From positions 1-37,535 of IMG/VR virus record IMGVR_UViG_3300037485_000570: a stretch of 37,535 nucleotides of DNA, one strand, 5' to 3'. The stretch comes from a virus. Lineage: Duplodnaviria; Caudoviricetes. Each line of letters starts with the position of its first letter. The stretch's first letter is position 1. This document shows, in pieces, positions 1 to 10,200 of the stretch. A model generated the notes under the pieces. That model saw only the letters and a list, made by a program, of their open reading frames with translations. It was not told the origin of the DNA and ran no database searches. The position numbers and the translations under genes were made by a program.

Positions 1-238
1 GATTGATCTGAGCCAGATTCGCCAAGTTGGTGTTGGCGGTGATCTGTATTTGGTTCTAAATTTTGAAGTTGCTGCTGGTGGCACTACGCCCACCATCACC
101 GTGGCTTTGCTGACCGATGATAACGTCGGCTTTGCAAGCGCGGCGACGCTGATCACTTACATGAGCGCTGTTACCACTCCTGGTGCCAGTTCTCAGTTGG
201 TGTTTCCGTTGCCGTATCAGGGTTTGGAGCGCTTCATT
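1..238. repeat. Terminal direct repeat, copy 1 (circular overlap)
   Basis: 1-238 matches 37298-37535 except T111 vs A37408. It falls mid-gene, so it is most likely an assembly overlap of a 37,297-bp circle. Confidence 0.95.
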
Positions 239-349
239 CGCTTGGCTTACACCCAGGGCGGCACCACACCTACCACTACGCTGTCGGCTCATATTGTGCA
301 TACTCCGCAGTATGACATCAAGACGCCTTCTGGCTTCACGGTGGCGTAA
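2..349 (+). CDS. Capsid cement/decoration protein (Bbp16-like), 3' part; gene starts at 37221 and crosses the origin
   Basis: Frame is continuous with MILDRENAFSQSQALTGTTLVPSTDVIDLS at 37221; joined length 141 aa. Directly follows the major capsid gene. STDVIDL and RFIRLAYT motifs resemble Bbp16. Confidence 0.75.
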   Translation: MDLSQIRQVGVGGDLYLVLNFEVAAGGTTPTITVALLTDDNVGFASAATLITYMSAVTTPGASSQLVFPLPYQGLERFIRLAYTQGGTTPTTTLSAHIVHTPQYDIKTPSGFTVA

Positions 350-540
350 TGAGGCAACGCGCCACAAAGCCTGGAGTCCTGTCGAACCCTTACCAGTATG
401 TTGAGGCTGGTCAGGAGTTCGACCGGGACGAGCGCATGAGTTGGGCTGTTCCTGTTGTGGAAGAGCCTGCTCCAGAGTCGCCCGATAAAAAGCGAAAAGG
501 CAAAAAGTCCGGCGATTCTGATGGCGATACTCTGATCTAG
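349..540 (+). CDS. Hypothetical protein (63 aa)
   Basis: TAATG overlap with the upstream gene; lies in the structural operon. Confidence 0.65.
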   Translation: MRQRATKPGVLSNPYQYVEAGQEFDRDERMSWAVPVVEEPAPESPDKKRKGKKSGDSDGDTLI

Positions 541-579
541 GTCTGTGTCATAATTGCCGGATAATACGGGGGCGCGTTT

Positions 580-1233
580 ATGCCGAGCAAGATTGAAATT
601 GCAAACCGGGCGCTGACCAAGGTCGGCGCTGAATCTATTATGTCGCTCACCGACAATGTGAAGCGCGCCCAGATCATGAACTCCATGTTCGACATGATCA
701 TGGACGCCGAGCTTCGACGCAATCGGTGGAAGTTTTCAATCAGGCGCGACAGTTTGCCTGCGCTTGTTTCGGCTCCTGCCTGGGGTTATTCATACGCTTA
801 CCAGTTACCTGCTGACTTTCTTGCTTTGGTGCAGGTCAACGATTTTTATGTGCGTGGTTTGAAGCAGAGAGCGCCTTGGTCAGTCGAGGGTGGTCAAATC
901 CTGACCGACTTTTCTGCTCCGTTAAAAATTCGTTATGTTGCGAAAGTATCCAGCATCGATCTTCTCGATCCTCTTTTTGTCGAGGTACTGGCTTGCAAGC
1001 TGGCGCTGGAATCGTGCGAGGCTTTGACGCAATCAGCGCAGAAACGGCAGCTTGCCTCCAATGAATACGATTTTGCTGTAAGCGAGGCGGCGCGTCAGGA
1101 CGCCATCGAAAACCCACCGGACGAGCTACCGTGGGGGTCTTGGATTGATTCTCGTGAAGGCATGGCGACAACGGCGACCGGCCCATCGGCTGGCTCTGTT
1201 GCTGATCTGCAGTCCGGCTGGGGTCTTTTGTGA
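580..1233 (+). CDS. Tail tubular protein A / head-tail adaptor (T7 gp11-like)
   Basis: SKIEIANRALTKVG, W-F and YAYQLPADFL motifs; position before tubular B. Confidence 0.8.
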   Translation: MPSKIEIANRALTKVGAESIMSLTDNVKRAQIMNSMFDMIMDAELRRNRWKFSIRRDSLPALVSAPAWGYSYAYQLPADFLALVQVNDFYVRGLKQRAPWSVEGGQILTDFSAPLKIRYVAKVSSIDLLDPLFVEVLACKLALESCEALTQSAQKRQLASNEYDFAVSEAARQDAIENPPDELPWGSWIDSREGMATTATGPSAGSVADLQSGWGLL

Positions 1234-3506
1234 GCAAGGCTTCACCGGCATTTACCAGTTTCAATTCTGGCGAATTCAGTCCGATGCTGTCTGCTCGGAT
1301 AGATTACGACCGCTATAAGAACGGCTGCGAAGCACTGCAGAACATGATACCGACCGTGCAAGGGCCAGCATTGCGGCGCGGCGGCACGCGGCATATTGCA
1401 TCGACAAAAGAAATCATTGGGCGTCAGGAAAAAGTCTACCTTCACCCGTTTGTGTTTAATGAGACCACGGCTTATGTGCTGGAGTTTGGCTCGCAGTACA
1501 TTCGGTTTTATACAAATAACGCTCAATTGCAGATCTCTAGCGTTCCTGTCGAGGTGGTCAGTCCTTATTCGCTGAATGATATCTTTGCAGCAAACGGCAC
1601 CTGTCGGCTGCGGTTCGCTCAGTCTGGCGACTTTCTCTACATCACTCACCCGTCGTACCAGCCTAGAATTTTGAAGCGCGTTACCGCGACTTCGTTTGTG
1701 CTTGATCTATTCGAACCGAAAGGTGGGCCATTCATTGGAGTCGATCCTGACATCACGACGACCGTCTGGTCATCTGGTGAGACTGGCAGCGTCACGCTGA
1801 CTGCTTCGACGTCAATATTTCAGGCCGGTCACGTTGGCACGCTTTTTTTAATTGAAAGAAAGAACGTCAGCGGGGTGATTGCTTGGGAGCCTGGAAAAGC
1901 TGTTAATTCGGGCGATCTTCGGCGCAGCGATTCTAAGATTTACTCCGCGCTGAATAGCACACACACTGGAGTCGTTAAGCCCGTGCATTCTTTTGGCGCA
2001 GAAAGTGACGGCGCGGTCAATTGGCAGTTCATGCATGCTGGTTATGGCTGGGCGCGAATAACATCGGTAACAAGCGGGACGGTGGCCAGTGCTACTGTCA
2101 TTTCTCGGATACCTTCTGACGCGGTTGGCTCTGGCAATGCGACGACACGATGGTCGTTTTCCGACTGGTCGTCTGTTGAAGGCTGGCCATCGTCCGTTGC
2201 TTTTTTCCGTGAGAGGCTGTGCTTTGCCCGTGGGCAGAACATCTGGATGTCGGTTGCTGCTGCGTTCGATGATTTTTCGTCTCGCAATGATTCCGGGGAA
2301 ATCACCGACGACATGGCTATCAGTCTGGAGGTAGCATCGGGTGAGTTGAATGCGATCCAATGGCTGCACGCGGACAGAATGCTTGTCGCTGGTACGGCTG
2401 GCGGCGAGTTTTCGATTGGTGAACTGACGAACGGCGATCCGCTAGGGCCTGGGAACGTTAAGGCCGAGATTGTCAGCGGCTACGGCTCGCGTGGTGTGCA
2501 GCCGATCAGGTCTGGTGACAGGTCGCTATTTGTTATGCCGTCTGGACGCAAGGTGCGCGAGATCGGGTTCGACTTCAGTCAGGACGGGTATCAGTCGAAG
2601 GATGTTACCGTCTTGTCAGACCACATCACTGACAGTGGCATTGTCGACATGGACTTTGCCATCGAGCCGTACTCTGTTGTTTGGTGCGTCCGGGCTGACG
2701 GCGTGCTGCTTGGCTTTACCTGGAACAACGAGGAACAGGTTCAGGGCTGGCATCGGCATTTGCTTGGTGGTTCTAGTGGCGTCAATTCTACGGACGTTCC
2801 TTGGGGCGTTGTTGAATCCGTGGCGGTCATTCCGAGGCCGAACGGTCGCGGCGATCAGGTTTGGATGAGCGTTCGTCGTGGGCCTCCAGATGGCTTGCCT
2901 ATTGCTCCCACGCGCGAAGTTGTTTATATGGAAGATCCGTTCATTGAAGAAAATAACGGCTATCCGGTTCCAATTCCTGCGGCGCGCGATCAGTTTTATG
3001 TGGACTCTGGAAGCACGCACACGCCTGGAGGCGAGGTCGTTTCCGGATTGTCTCGGCTGAATGGTCAGACTGTTGCTGTTCTGGCTGATGGCGCTCCGCA
3101 CCCGGATTGCGTTGTGAGTGGTGGCTCTATTACATTACAGCGCTCTGCTCAATGGGTGCAGGTTGGACTGCGCTACAGTTCGATATTGAAGCCCATGCGG
3201 ATTGAGGCTGGTGCTGCTGATGGCACGGCGCAAGGGAAAACGAAGAGAATCCATAAGGTTGTTTTCCGGCTGGTCAGTAGTTCAAGTTTCCGCTACGGGT
3301 CGCGGCCTGACAACATTTTGACTATGGAGTTCCGTACTGCTGCGAATCAGATGGATAGGGCAGTGCCGTTGTACACTGGTGATAAGCTGGTTGATTGGCC
3401 TGGTGGTTATGAGACTGATGGCTATATTTACATCGAGTCGGACAGTCCGACCGCGCTGGGCATCGCCGGTATATTCCCGCAAATCGTCACGCAAGACAGC
3501 AGATGA
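1230..3506 (+). CDS. Tail tubular protein B / nozzle (T7 gp12-like)
   Basis: 758 aa. SFNSGEFSP N-terminus, GWPSSVAFFRERL, QVQGWHRH, DQFYVDSG and HLxG-like GQTVAVLADG motifs. Confidence 0.85.
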   Translation: MSKASPAFTSFNSGEFSPMLSARIDYDRYKNGCEALQNMIPTVQGPALRRGGTRHIASTKEIIGRQEKVYLHPFVFNETTAYVLEFGSQYIRFYTNNAQLQISSVPVEVVSPYSLNDIFAANGTCRLRFAQSGDFLYITHPSYQPRILKRVTATSFVLDLFEPKGGPFIGVDPDITTTVWSSGETGSVTLTASTSIFQAGHVGTLFLIERKNVSGVIAWEPGKAVNSGDLRRSDSKIYSALNSTHTGVVKPVHSFGAESDGAVNWQFMHAGYGWARITSVTSGTVASATVISRIPSDAVGSGNATTRWSFSDWSSVEGWPSSVAFFRERLCFARGQNIWMSVAAAFDDFSSRNDSGEITDDMAISLEVASGELNAIQWLHADRMLVAGTAGGEFSIGELTNGDPLGPGNVKAEIVSGYGSRGVQPIRSGDRSLFVMPSGRKVREIGFDFSQDGYQSKDVTVLSDHITDSGIVDMDFAIEPYSVVWCVRADGVLLGFTWNNEEQVQGWHRHLLGGSSGVNSTDVPWGVVESVAVIPRPNGRGDQVWMSVRRGPPDGLPIAPTREVVYMEDPFIEENNGYPVPIPAARDQFYVDSGSTHTPGGEVVSGLSRLNGQTVAVLADGAPHPDCVVSGGSITLQRSAQWVQVGLRYSSILKPMRIEAGAADGTAQGKTKRIHKVVFRLVSSSSFRYGSRPDNILTMEFRTAANQMDRAVPLYTGDKLVDWPGGYETDGYIYIESDSPTALGIAGIFPQIVTQDSR

Positions 3507-3925
3507 GGCTGGTTAAGTTTTCTGCCGAGCATCTTGCCACCTTGCGGCTGCAGCGTTCTCAGGAAGGGATGTCGTCGATAATTTCCGACATTCGCTACGG
3601 TCAGTCTTTAGAGACGCCTTGGTCTTTCACTGGAGTTCATAACGACACAATCATTGGGTGTGCTGGCGCTGTTGAGCTATGGCCTGGCCGAGCTTGTTTG
3701 TGGGCGCTGTTGTCGGATGATGCTGGTCGTCATTTTCTGACAACCCACCGGGCTGTTGAAGGCTTTCTCAAGGTTGCGCCTTGGTCACGAATAGAAGCCA
3801 CCGTCGATGTCCGTTTTGAAGCTGGTCAGCGGTGGATCAGAATGCTTAATTTTCAACACGAGGGACGGCTTCGGCGTTATACTCCAGACGGTCAAGACCA
3901 CGACTTATTTTCAAGGGTGAAGTGA
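3503..3925 (+). CDS. GNAT-fold acetyltransferase-like virion protein (T7 gp13 position)
   Basis: RIEATVD...GQRWIRMLNFQHEGRLRRY resembles the GNAT C-terminal motif; conserved synteny in podoviruses. Confidence 0.7.
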   Translation: MRLVKFSAEHLATLRLQRSQEGMSSIISDIRYGQSLETPWSFTGVHNDTIIGCAGAVELWPGRACLWALLSDDAGRHFLTTHRAVEGFLKVAPWSRIEATVDVRFEAGQRWIRMLNFQHEGRLRRYTPDGQDHDLFSRVK

Positions 3926-4515
3926 TGGCAGCATTTGCAGTTCCTTTGATGATTGCTGGCACTGCTATTCAGGCTATTGGAGCTATCCAGCAAGGTAACG
4001 CGCAGGCCGCGCAATATCAGGCGCAGGCGCAGGGGCAAGAATATAACGCACGAGTTTCTCGTTCTCAGGCCGAGGCAGCTGGTCAGCAGTGGAGCGCCCG
4101 TGAGGACGCGCAACGTCGGCAGGCCAGGCAGATTTTGGGTAAGCAGCTGGCGGCTACGGCGCAGTCCGGCGTCAATCTGAACGGCTCGGCGGCTGATATA
4201 TTCCGCGAGTCCCTGGTCAATGCCGAGCAAGATGCTTTGAATATCCGCTACGAGGGCGAAATGACCCGGACGGGGCTGCTCAATCAGGCGCAGCTGTCTG
4301 ATTACGAGGCGTCTGCTTCTCGATCCGCGGCGAAGAGCGCGCGGCGCTCTGGCTATATGTCAGCTGCAGCGGCTATTGCCTCTGGTGGGTATGCATACTC
4401 AAAACTTCCAGCCGGAGCGCCAGCGGAGAGTGGCGGTGTCGGGCTTAAGGCTACTGGCGGTGGATTTGGTCTTAAAGGCAATGGCGGTGGTTTTGGTTTG
4501 AAATTGAGGTACTAA
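3925..4515 (+). CDS. Internal virion (ejection) protein, T7 gp14-like
   Basis: Hydrophobic N-terminus, Ala/Gln-rich coiled coil, AQSGVNLNGSA motif, Gly-rich tail; TGATG coupling to the upstream gene. Confidence 0.75.
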   Translation: MAAFAVPLMIAGTAIQAIGAIQQGNAQAAQYQAQAQGQEYNARVSRSQAEAAGQQWSAREDAQRRQARQILGKQLAATAQSGVNLNGSAADIFRESLVNAEQDALNIRYEGEMTRTGLLNQAQLSDYEASASRSAAKSARRSGYMSAAAAIASGGYAYSKLPAGAPAESGGVGLKATGGGFGLKGNGGGFGLKLRY

Positions 4516-4516
4516 A

Positions 4517-7285
4517 ATGCCACGAATTCCCGTCTACGAACAACGCACAACAGTTTCAAATTTAGGGCCAGCGCCAAGAGCCAGCGGCATTCCCGTGGGT
4601 TCTGTTGCGTCTGGGTTGAACGATCTCGGGCGCACTATTGGGGCGATCTCTGCCGACATGCTGCGTGTCCAGGAACAACAGCGCGAGGAAGATGCTGCGG
4701 TTGCGGCGACAACATCGCTGGCCGAGGGGAGGCTGCATTGGGCAAAACGTTTACAGTCGCTGTCGGACGAATGGACGCCTGATAAGCCTGGCGCGTACGA
4801 GACCTTTGAGTCCGAGTACAAGGATTGGGCTGGAAAGCAGATCGAGGCGGCTGGCACACCAAAAGTCAAGAATGCCATGCGCGAGCGTTTGGCTGGTTTG
4901 CAGTCTGATTTCGGATTGAATGCTTTCAAAATCGACCGCGATAAACGTATTGACCACAATGTCGGTCTTTTTGACCGGACTATTCGCGCATCGACCGATG
5001 CCGTGTTTGCAGACCCGTCGCAGCGCGCGAAAGTTCTGGACGATCTTCGGTCTGGCCTTGACTCTCTAACCATTAATAGCGACCGCAAGGCGGCGATTTC
5101 TATCAAGGTGCAGGACGAGATAAACAGCGCAGCCGAACAAGGCGAGCGCGCCAAGGTTGGCGACAATGCGTACCTGGCTCGGCGTGTGAGACTGGTGCCT
5201 GAGACCACCGGGGGAGTTCCTGCGGCGGCTCCGGCTGTTGAGCCACGTGCTGCCGCTGTGTCCGGCTTCGATGCCGTTGTCGCCATGACATTGAAGCATG
5301 AGGGCGGCTATGCGGCCAGCGATGGCAACACTGGCGCGCCTGTAAACTTTGGCATTAACCAGGCTGCGAATCCTGATGTGGACGTGAAAAACCTCACCCG
5401 CGAGGGTGCGGTAAATCTCTACCGAGATCGCTACTGGAATGCCATCGACGGCGACAAGCTGCCGCCTGCGCTTCAAGCCACGGCATTCGATGCTGCGGTG
5501 AATCAAGGCCCTGGCAACGCGAACAAGTGGATCGCTGAGTCTGGTGGTGATCCTGTAAAGTTTAACCAGTTACGTCGCGCCCATTACGAGTCGCTATTGG
5601 CTAAACCAGAGTTTTCTCGTTTTCGCAAGACTTGGATGGGTCGGCTGGAGCAGTACGAAAACATGGCCGAGACTGGTTCCGCGGTCACTCCGATAACTAT
5701 CGGCGGCATGCGTGCCGAGTTCTTGCCTGACGACCAGTTGCCCGAGTCGTTTCTTGGGCTATCGATACCGCAGCGCATGGCAATCTTGCGCGAGGCCGAG
5801 CAGGGTGCGCGTCAGCAATCTGCCGTGCAGACCGATGCTTTGCGCCAGCGTCTGGCTGATGCTGCTGCAATGGCGCGAGACGGGGTTGTCGACCCGAAGC
5901 CGATCACTCCCGAAGAGTTCTCTATCCTTGGCGACAAGGCACCAGGCGCGTCGCAGGAGTACCAGCGCACCCAGGTGATGGCGCAGGACATATCGCAGTT
6001 CAAAACCGCGCCTAACGATCAGCTGATCGGCATTGCTACTGGCGCGACGAGACGGGCGCAGCCTGGTGCTGGCTATGCTGCCGAGGATCAGCGGGACGAG
6101 ATACGTCAGCAGGCGGCGGGGCGCGTGCTCGAGCAGCGTTCTAAAGACCCGGCTGGCTATGTATCGAAAACGATACCGCAGGTAACGCAGGCATGGCGAG
6201 TGGCACTATCGGCGCAGGGTGAAAATCGTCCGGAAATGATTCGGCAGGCGGTGGCTCAGACGCTCGCGGCGCAGTGGGTTCTTGGTATTTCCGAACCGCG
6301 CATCTTGTCTGGTTCAATGTTGCAGGATTTGCACGGTCGAATCATGAAAGCCAGCCGACCGGAAGATGCGGCGAATATGGTGGCAATGATGGAGCAGGAG
6401 TACGGAAAAGACTATTTCCCGAAGGTGATGGACGAGTTGGTGCGTTCCGACAAAAACATACCGCCTGCGTTCATGATCATTCCGTCGCTGACAGACCCTG
6501 CAGCACGCGAGCATGTTTCTGCATTGTCTGTCGCGGACAAGAACGAGCTTAAAGGAACGATTGAGACCCAGGACGTTCGTGCGATTGGCGATGCCGCGAG
6601 AAAGTATGCTGCTGATCTGGCTCGCACCATGCCTCCTGTTGGCGCTTCTGGCATTAGGCTGGTGGCTTCCTATCAGGACATGATCGAGCGTATCGCTTTT
6701 GAGCGGATGCGGACGGGTAAGTCGACGAACGCTAACGATGCAGCCAAGGACGGCTACACTTTGCTGCTGGGTAATTTTGAGCTTGACGGCAATATCCGGG
6801 TTCCGACCGGGACAGATATGCGCGCTGTCAGGAAAAATGCGGACGTGCGACTATCTACTGAGGTTACAGAAAATCTGCAGCAGTCGGATGTTCCTCCGGA
6901 CATTTCGCGCGCCTATACCTCTGCCGAAGCGCTGGAGCAATGGCGCGGGATTGTTCGTTCCAATGGTGTCTGGTACTCGAACAGTGACAATACCGGGCTT
7001 GATCTTTGGGCGCGGGGCGATAATGGAGTTTTGTATCGCGTCAAACGGGACGACGTTCAGGTATCGTATTCATTTGATGAGTTGAAGCGCGAGCCGGAAA
7101 TAGTCAGGAGGGCGCGCGCTGGCAACATTCAGCCTAACGACTTGGATAAGGCACTCGCCACGGGTGATATGCGTCTGTATGAACGTATGCGCGTCGAGCA
7201 GCGTGCGGCGCAGGTTCGTCGTGAGAATGAGTCTGCGCGCCAGTACCAGACTGATAAAGCTAGACAGCAAATAGGCAGGCCATGA
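4517..7285 (+). CDS. Internal virion (ejection) protein with embedded GH108 lysozyme domain
   Basis: MPRIPVY start typical of these ejection proteins. LKHEGGY...NFGI...YRDRYW...FDAAVNQG at about 5270-5650 is a GH108 signature. Confidence 0.8.
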   Translation: MPRIPVYEQRTTVSNLGPAPRASGIPVGSVASGLNDLGRTIGAISADMLRVQEQQREEDAAVAATTSLAEGRLHWAKRLQSLSDEWTPDKPGAYETFESEYKDWAGKQIEAAGTPKVKNAMRERLAGLQSDFGLNAFKIDRDKRIDHNVGLFDRTIRASTDAVFADPSQRAKVLDDLRSGLDSLTINSDRKAAISIKVQDEINSAAEQGERAKVGDNAYLARRVRLVPETTGGVPAAAPAVEPRAAAVSGFDAVVAMTLKHEGGYAASDGNTGAPVNFGINQAANPDVDVKNLTREGAVNLYRDRYWNAIDGDKLPPALQATAFDAAVNQGPGNANKWIAESGGDPVKFNQLRRAHYESLLAKPEFSRFRKTWMGRLEQYENMAETGSAVTPITIGGMRAEFLPDDQLPESFLGLSIPQRMAILREAEQGARQQSAVQTDALRQRLADAAAMARDGVVDPKPITPEEFSILGDKAPGASQEYQRTQVMAQDISQFKTAPNDQLIGIATGATRRAQPGAGYAAEDQRDEIRQQAAGRVLEQRSKDPAGYVSKTIPQVTQAWRVALSAQGENRPEMIRQAVAQTLAAQWVLGISEPRILSGSMLQDLHGRIMKASRPEDAANMVAMMEQEYGKDYFPKVMDELVRSDKNIPPAFMIIPSLTDPAAREHVSALSVADKNELKGTIETQDVRAIGDAARKYAADLARTMPPVGASGIRLVASYQDMIERIAFERMRTGKSTNANDAAKDGYTLLLGNFELDGNIRVPTGTDMRAVRKNADVRLSTEVTENLQQSDVPPDISRAYTSAEALEQWRGIVRSNGVWYSNSDNTGLDLWARGDNGVLYRVKRDDVQVSYSFDELKREPEIVRRARAGNIQPNDLDKALATGDMRLYERMRVEQRAAQVRRENESARQYQTDKARQQIGRP

Positions 7286-10200
7286 AATTTTATTATGACG
7301 ACAATCGCGGGACAGACCAGTTTTCGCTTCAGGATTTCGAGCCTTCTTTTGGCGCAAAGATGGGCGCTGCTGTTGATGAGGCTTGGCTGGAGTCATACGG
7401 CCCGACGTTGACTGATTGGCTTCGTTCGCGCGATGACGGTTCACCTAAGTTGTCTGCACAGGACGCTGCTTCGCGTATCAAATCATCGGGCTTGCGCGTC
7501 AATCTTACCCCTAAAGACGGCGAATACTCATCTCGACAATTGGACGTCATCCTTGAACGTCAGCGCGAGTTGACCAAAGCAAAGGACGTTCGGGAGCGAA
7601 CTCCTTGGGATTTGGGTTCACCTTTGCGCGGCGTGGCAATGTTTGGCGCTGGTATTGCCGACCCGATAAACTTGGCCACGGCTTTTTTTCCGTGGACGAG
7701 GCTCGTGGGTGGTATGCGCGGGATTCGCGCTGCGACCGAGTCTGCTAGTGCAGTCACAAGGTTTGGCGCTCGTGCTGCGGTTGGTGCTGCCGATGCTGGC
7801 ATTTCCACAGCGGTCATTGAGCCGTTCTACTACGGTATGCGCCAGAGCTTGGGCGATGATTACACTGCCGTCGATTCAATGGCAAACATCGCATTTGGAG
7901 CGGCTTTCGGCGGCGGCATTCACTCCATTGGCGGTGTTGGCGTGGATATGTTCCGTCGCGCTATGGGTATGCAGCAGCCTTGGCAGGCTAATGTCGCGCC
8001 TGCTGTCACTGGTGATGCGATTATTCCACCACCGGCCAGTATGCTCATGGGGCGCGATGTGTCTGTTCGCGTCGGTGACCAGTACGAACCCGGGCAGTGG
8101 GCTGTCGTGGATGCAGACACTCTGACAGCCACAGTTGATAAGGCCGACAATCAGTTTCGTGACCGTGGCCGTGCTGCGTATCAGGCCGAAATTACGGCGC
8201 GTGCGAATGCGCTAGACCCGGCGCTGGTGCTGTCTGTCGATACGCCATTGATGGATGTAGGGACACCCACCATTGCTGCTGACGGGCGCATCATCGGAGG
8301 TAACGGGCGCACGCTGTTCATCCAGCGCGCCTACGAGATAGGCAAGGCTGGCGACTACCGTGCCGAGCTTGAGCGGCGTTTGGCCGATCTGGGTATCGAT
8401 CCGGAGGCTGTACGCGGCATGAGCCGTCCTGTCTTGGTGCGTAGGTTGTCCATGAACGTGGACGTCAAGCGCGCGGCGATGCTGTCAAATGAGGGCGGCA
8501 GCACTGCCATGTCGCCACTAGAGCAGGCCAAGGTGGATTCTGAGCGTCTTGGTGATGCCCAGCTTGAGACCGATGCCGATGGGAATCTTGACACGGCTGG
8601 AAACCGGGCGGCGATCCGTCGCTGGGTAAATGAGCAGCCGGAAGGCCAGCGCAATGTTCTAATGACCGAGGATGGCCGTCTGTCTGCGTCTGGGTTGCAG
8701 CGCTTGCGGAATGCGGTTCTGTTCAAAGCCTACGGCGACTCGCCAACACTTGCCCGGCTGATTGAGGCCACGGATGTCGGAAGCAGGAATGTCGCTGCAG
8801 CACTGGCGCGCACGGCTGGCGTTGTTGCTGATGCCGAGGGTTCAATATCTCGCGGCGAGCTGCACCCGTTATCAATTGCGGCTGACATTCGCATGGCGGT
8901 CGAGCAGTTCGACAATCTTCGCCGTCAAGGAATGAAGGTTGCGGACTATCTGGCGCAGATTGACATGCTGGGCGACCCGCTGACACCAGAGGGGCGGTTG
9001 CTGCTTGACTTCATGAGCCGGAACATCGTCAGTTCACGTCGGATAGGTGATGCCATTTCAGGCTACTACGCCAAGCTGCAAGAGGCGGGGAACCCTGGGC
9101 AGGGCGATATGTTCGGCGGCGTATCGCCAGATAAGATGGGGATGCTTCGCGCTGCTACCGAGGCCGTGGACTCTGAACCGCTAAATGCTGCCGAAACGGT
9201 TGCGATTATCTCACCGGATACGCGCGAGGCTGCTCTCGGCACGGCTGTTGGCCAGGCGATTGATGGCCGGTCTATTGATGTAGTTGCCATCGTAAACACC
9301 GACCCGGCGGTTGGCGGTACGTCAACGGCTGCGGATGTTGTTGCCTCGGCAGAACGAAACCAGCAGCCAGAGGCCATTCGCACTGCCGATTTTGATGCGG
9401 CGGCGGCGGTTGATCGTCGTCTTGCGACCGCGCCGAAATGGGACGCGCTGTCCGATGCCGAGGCTGCGAGTGCCGAAGCTGAAACACTGCTAAACGACAC
9501 CATCAAGGCTGGCGATCAGGCGTTTAAGTATTCGCGTGGTGATGGTCAAGATGGCACGCCTATTGGCGACGCGCAGATTGTCAACGTGGACGGTGTTGAA
9601 CGCCCTGCGCTGAACTCTAATGGTCGGACGATTCATCCGACTGTGGAGGGCGTGCGGAACTTCTGGCGCTGGTTCGGTGACTCGAAAGTGGTGGACGCCG
9701 AGGGTAGGCCTGTCGTCGTCTATCACGGCACAGACAAGAAGTTCACGAAGATCAATCTAAAGAAGGGCGCGCAAGGTCTTTTCTGGTTTACGTCTGACAA
9801 GTCGGCAATTGAGGCCGGCGAGGTCGGCGCCGCTGGTAAGGGCGTCATCATGGAGATGTATGCCAAGATTGAAGGCCCTGCTAATTGGAAGCAATACGAT
9901 CAGTTGATGCTCGACGAGTTCAAGTCGCGCGGACTCGACGGGGCGATCCTCCCCGAGTCAGGCGGCACGTTCGTCGGCTTCATCATAGACAAACCCACCC
10001 AAATTAAATCAGCCACCGGCAACGTTGGCACGTTCGATCCCACGAACCCCGATATCCGCTACAGCCGCGAAATCCCGCTGTACCAACAAGGCATCACGGG
10101 ACAGCCAGCGGTCGACGTCATAGAAACCTCGATTCGACAATCGTTTGGCGACGCAACCGACGCCCTGCTCCAGCGCGGTCAAATCCAGATTGTTGCGACT

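Noticed and set aside
1-238. True T7-type physical terminal repeat
   Set aside because: It lies inside a capsid gene and is better explained as an assembly overlap.
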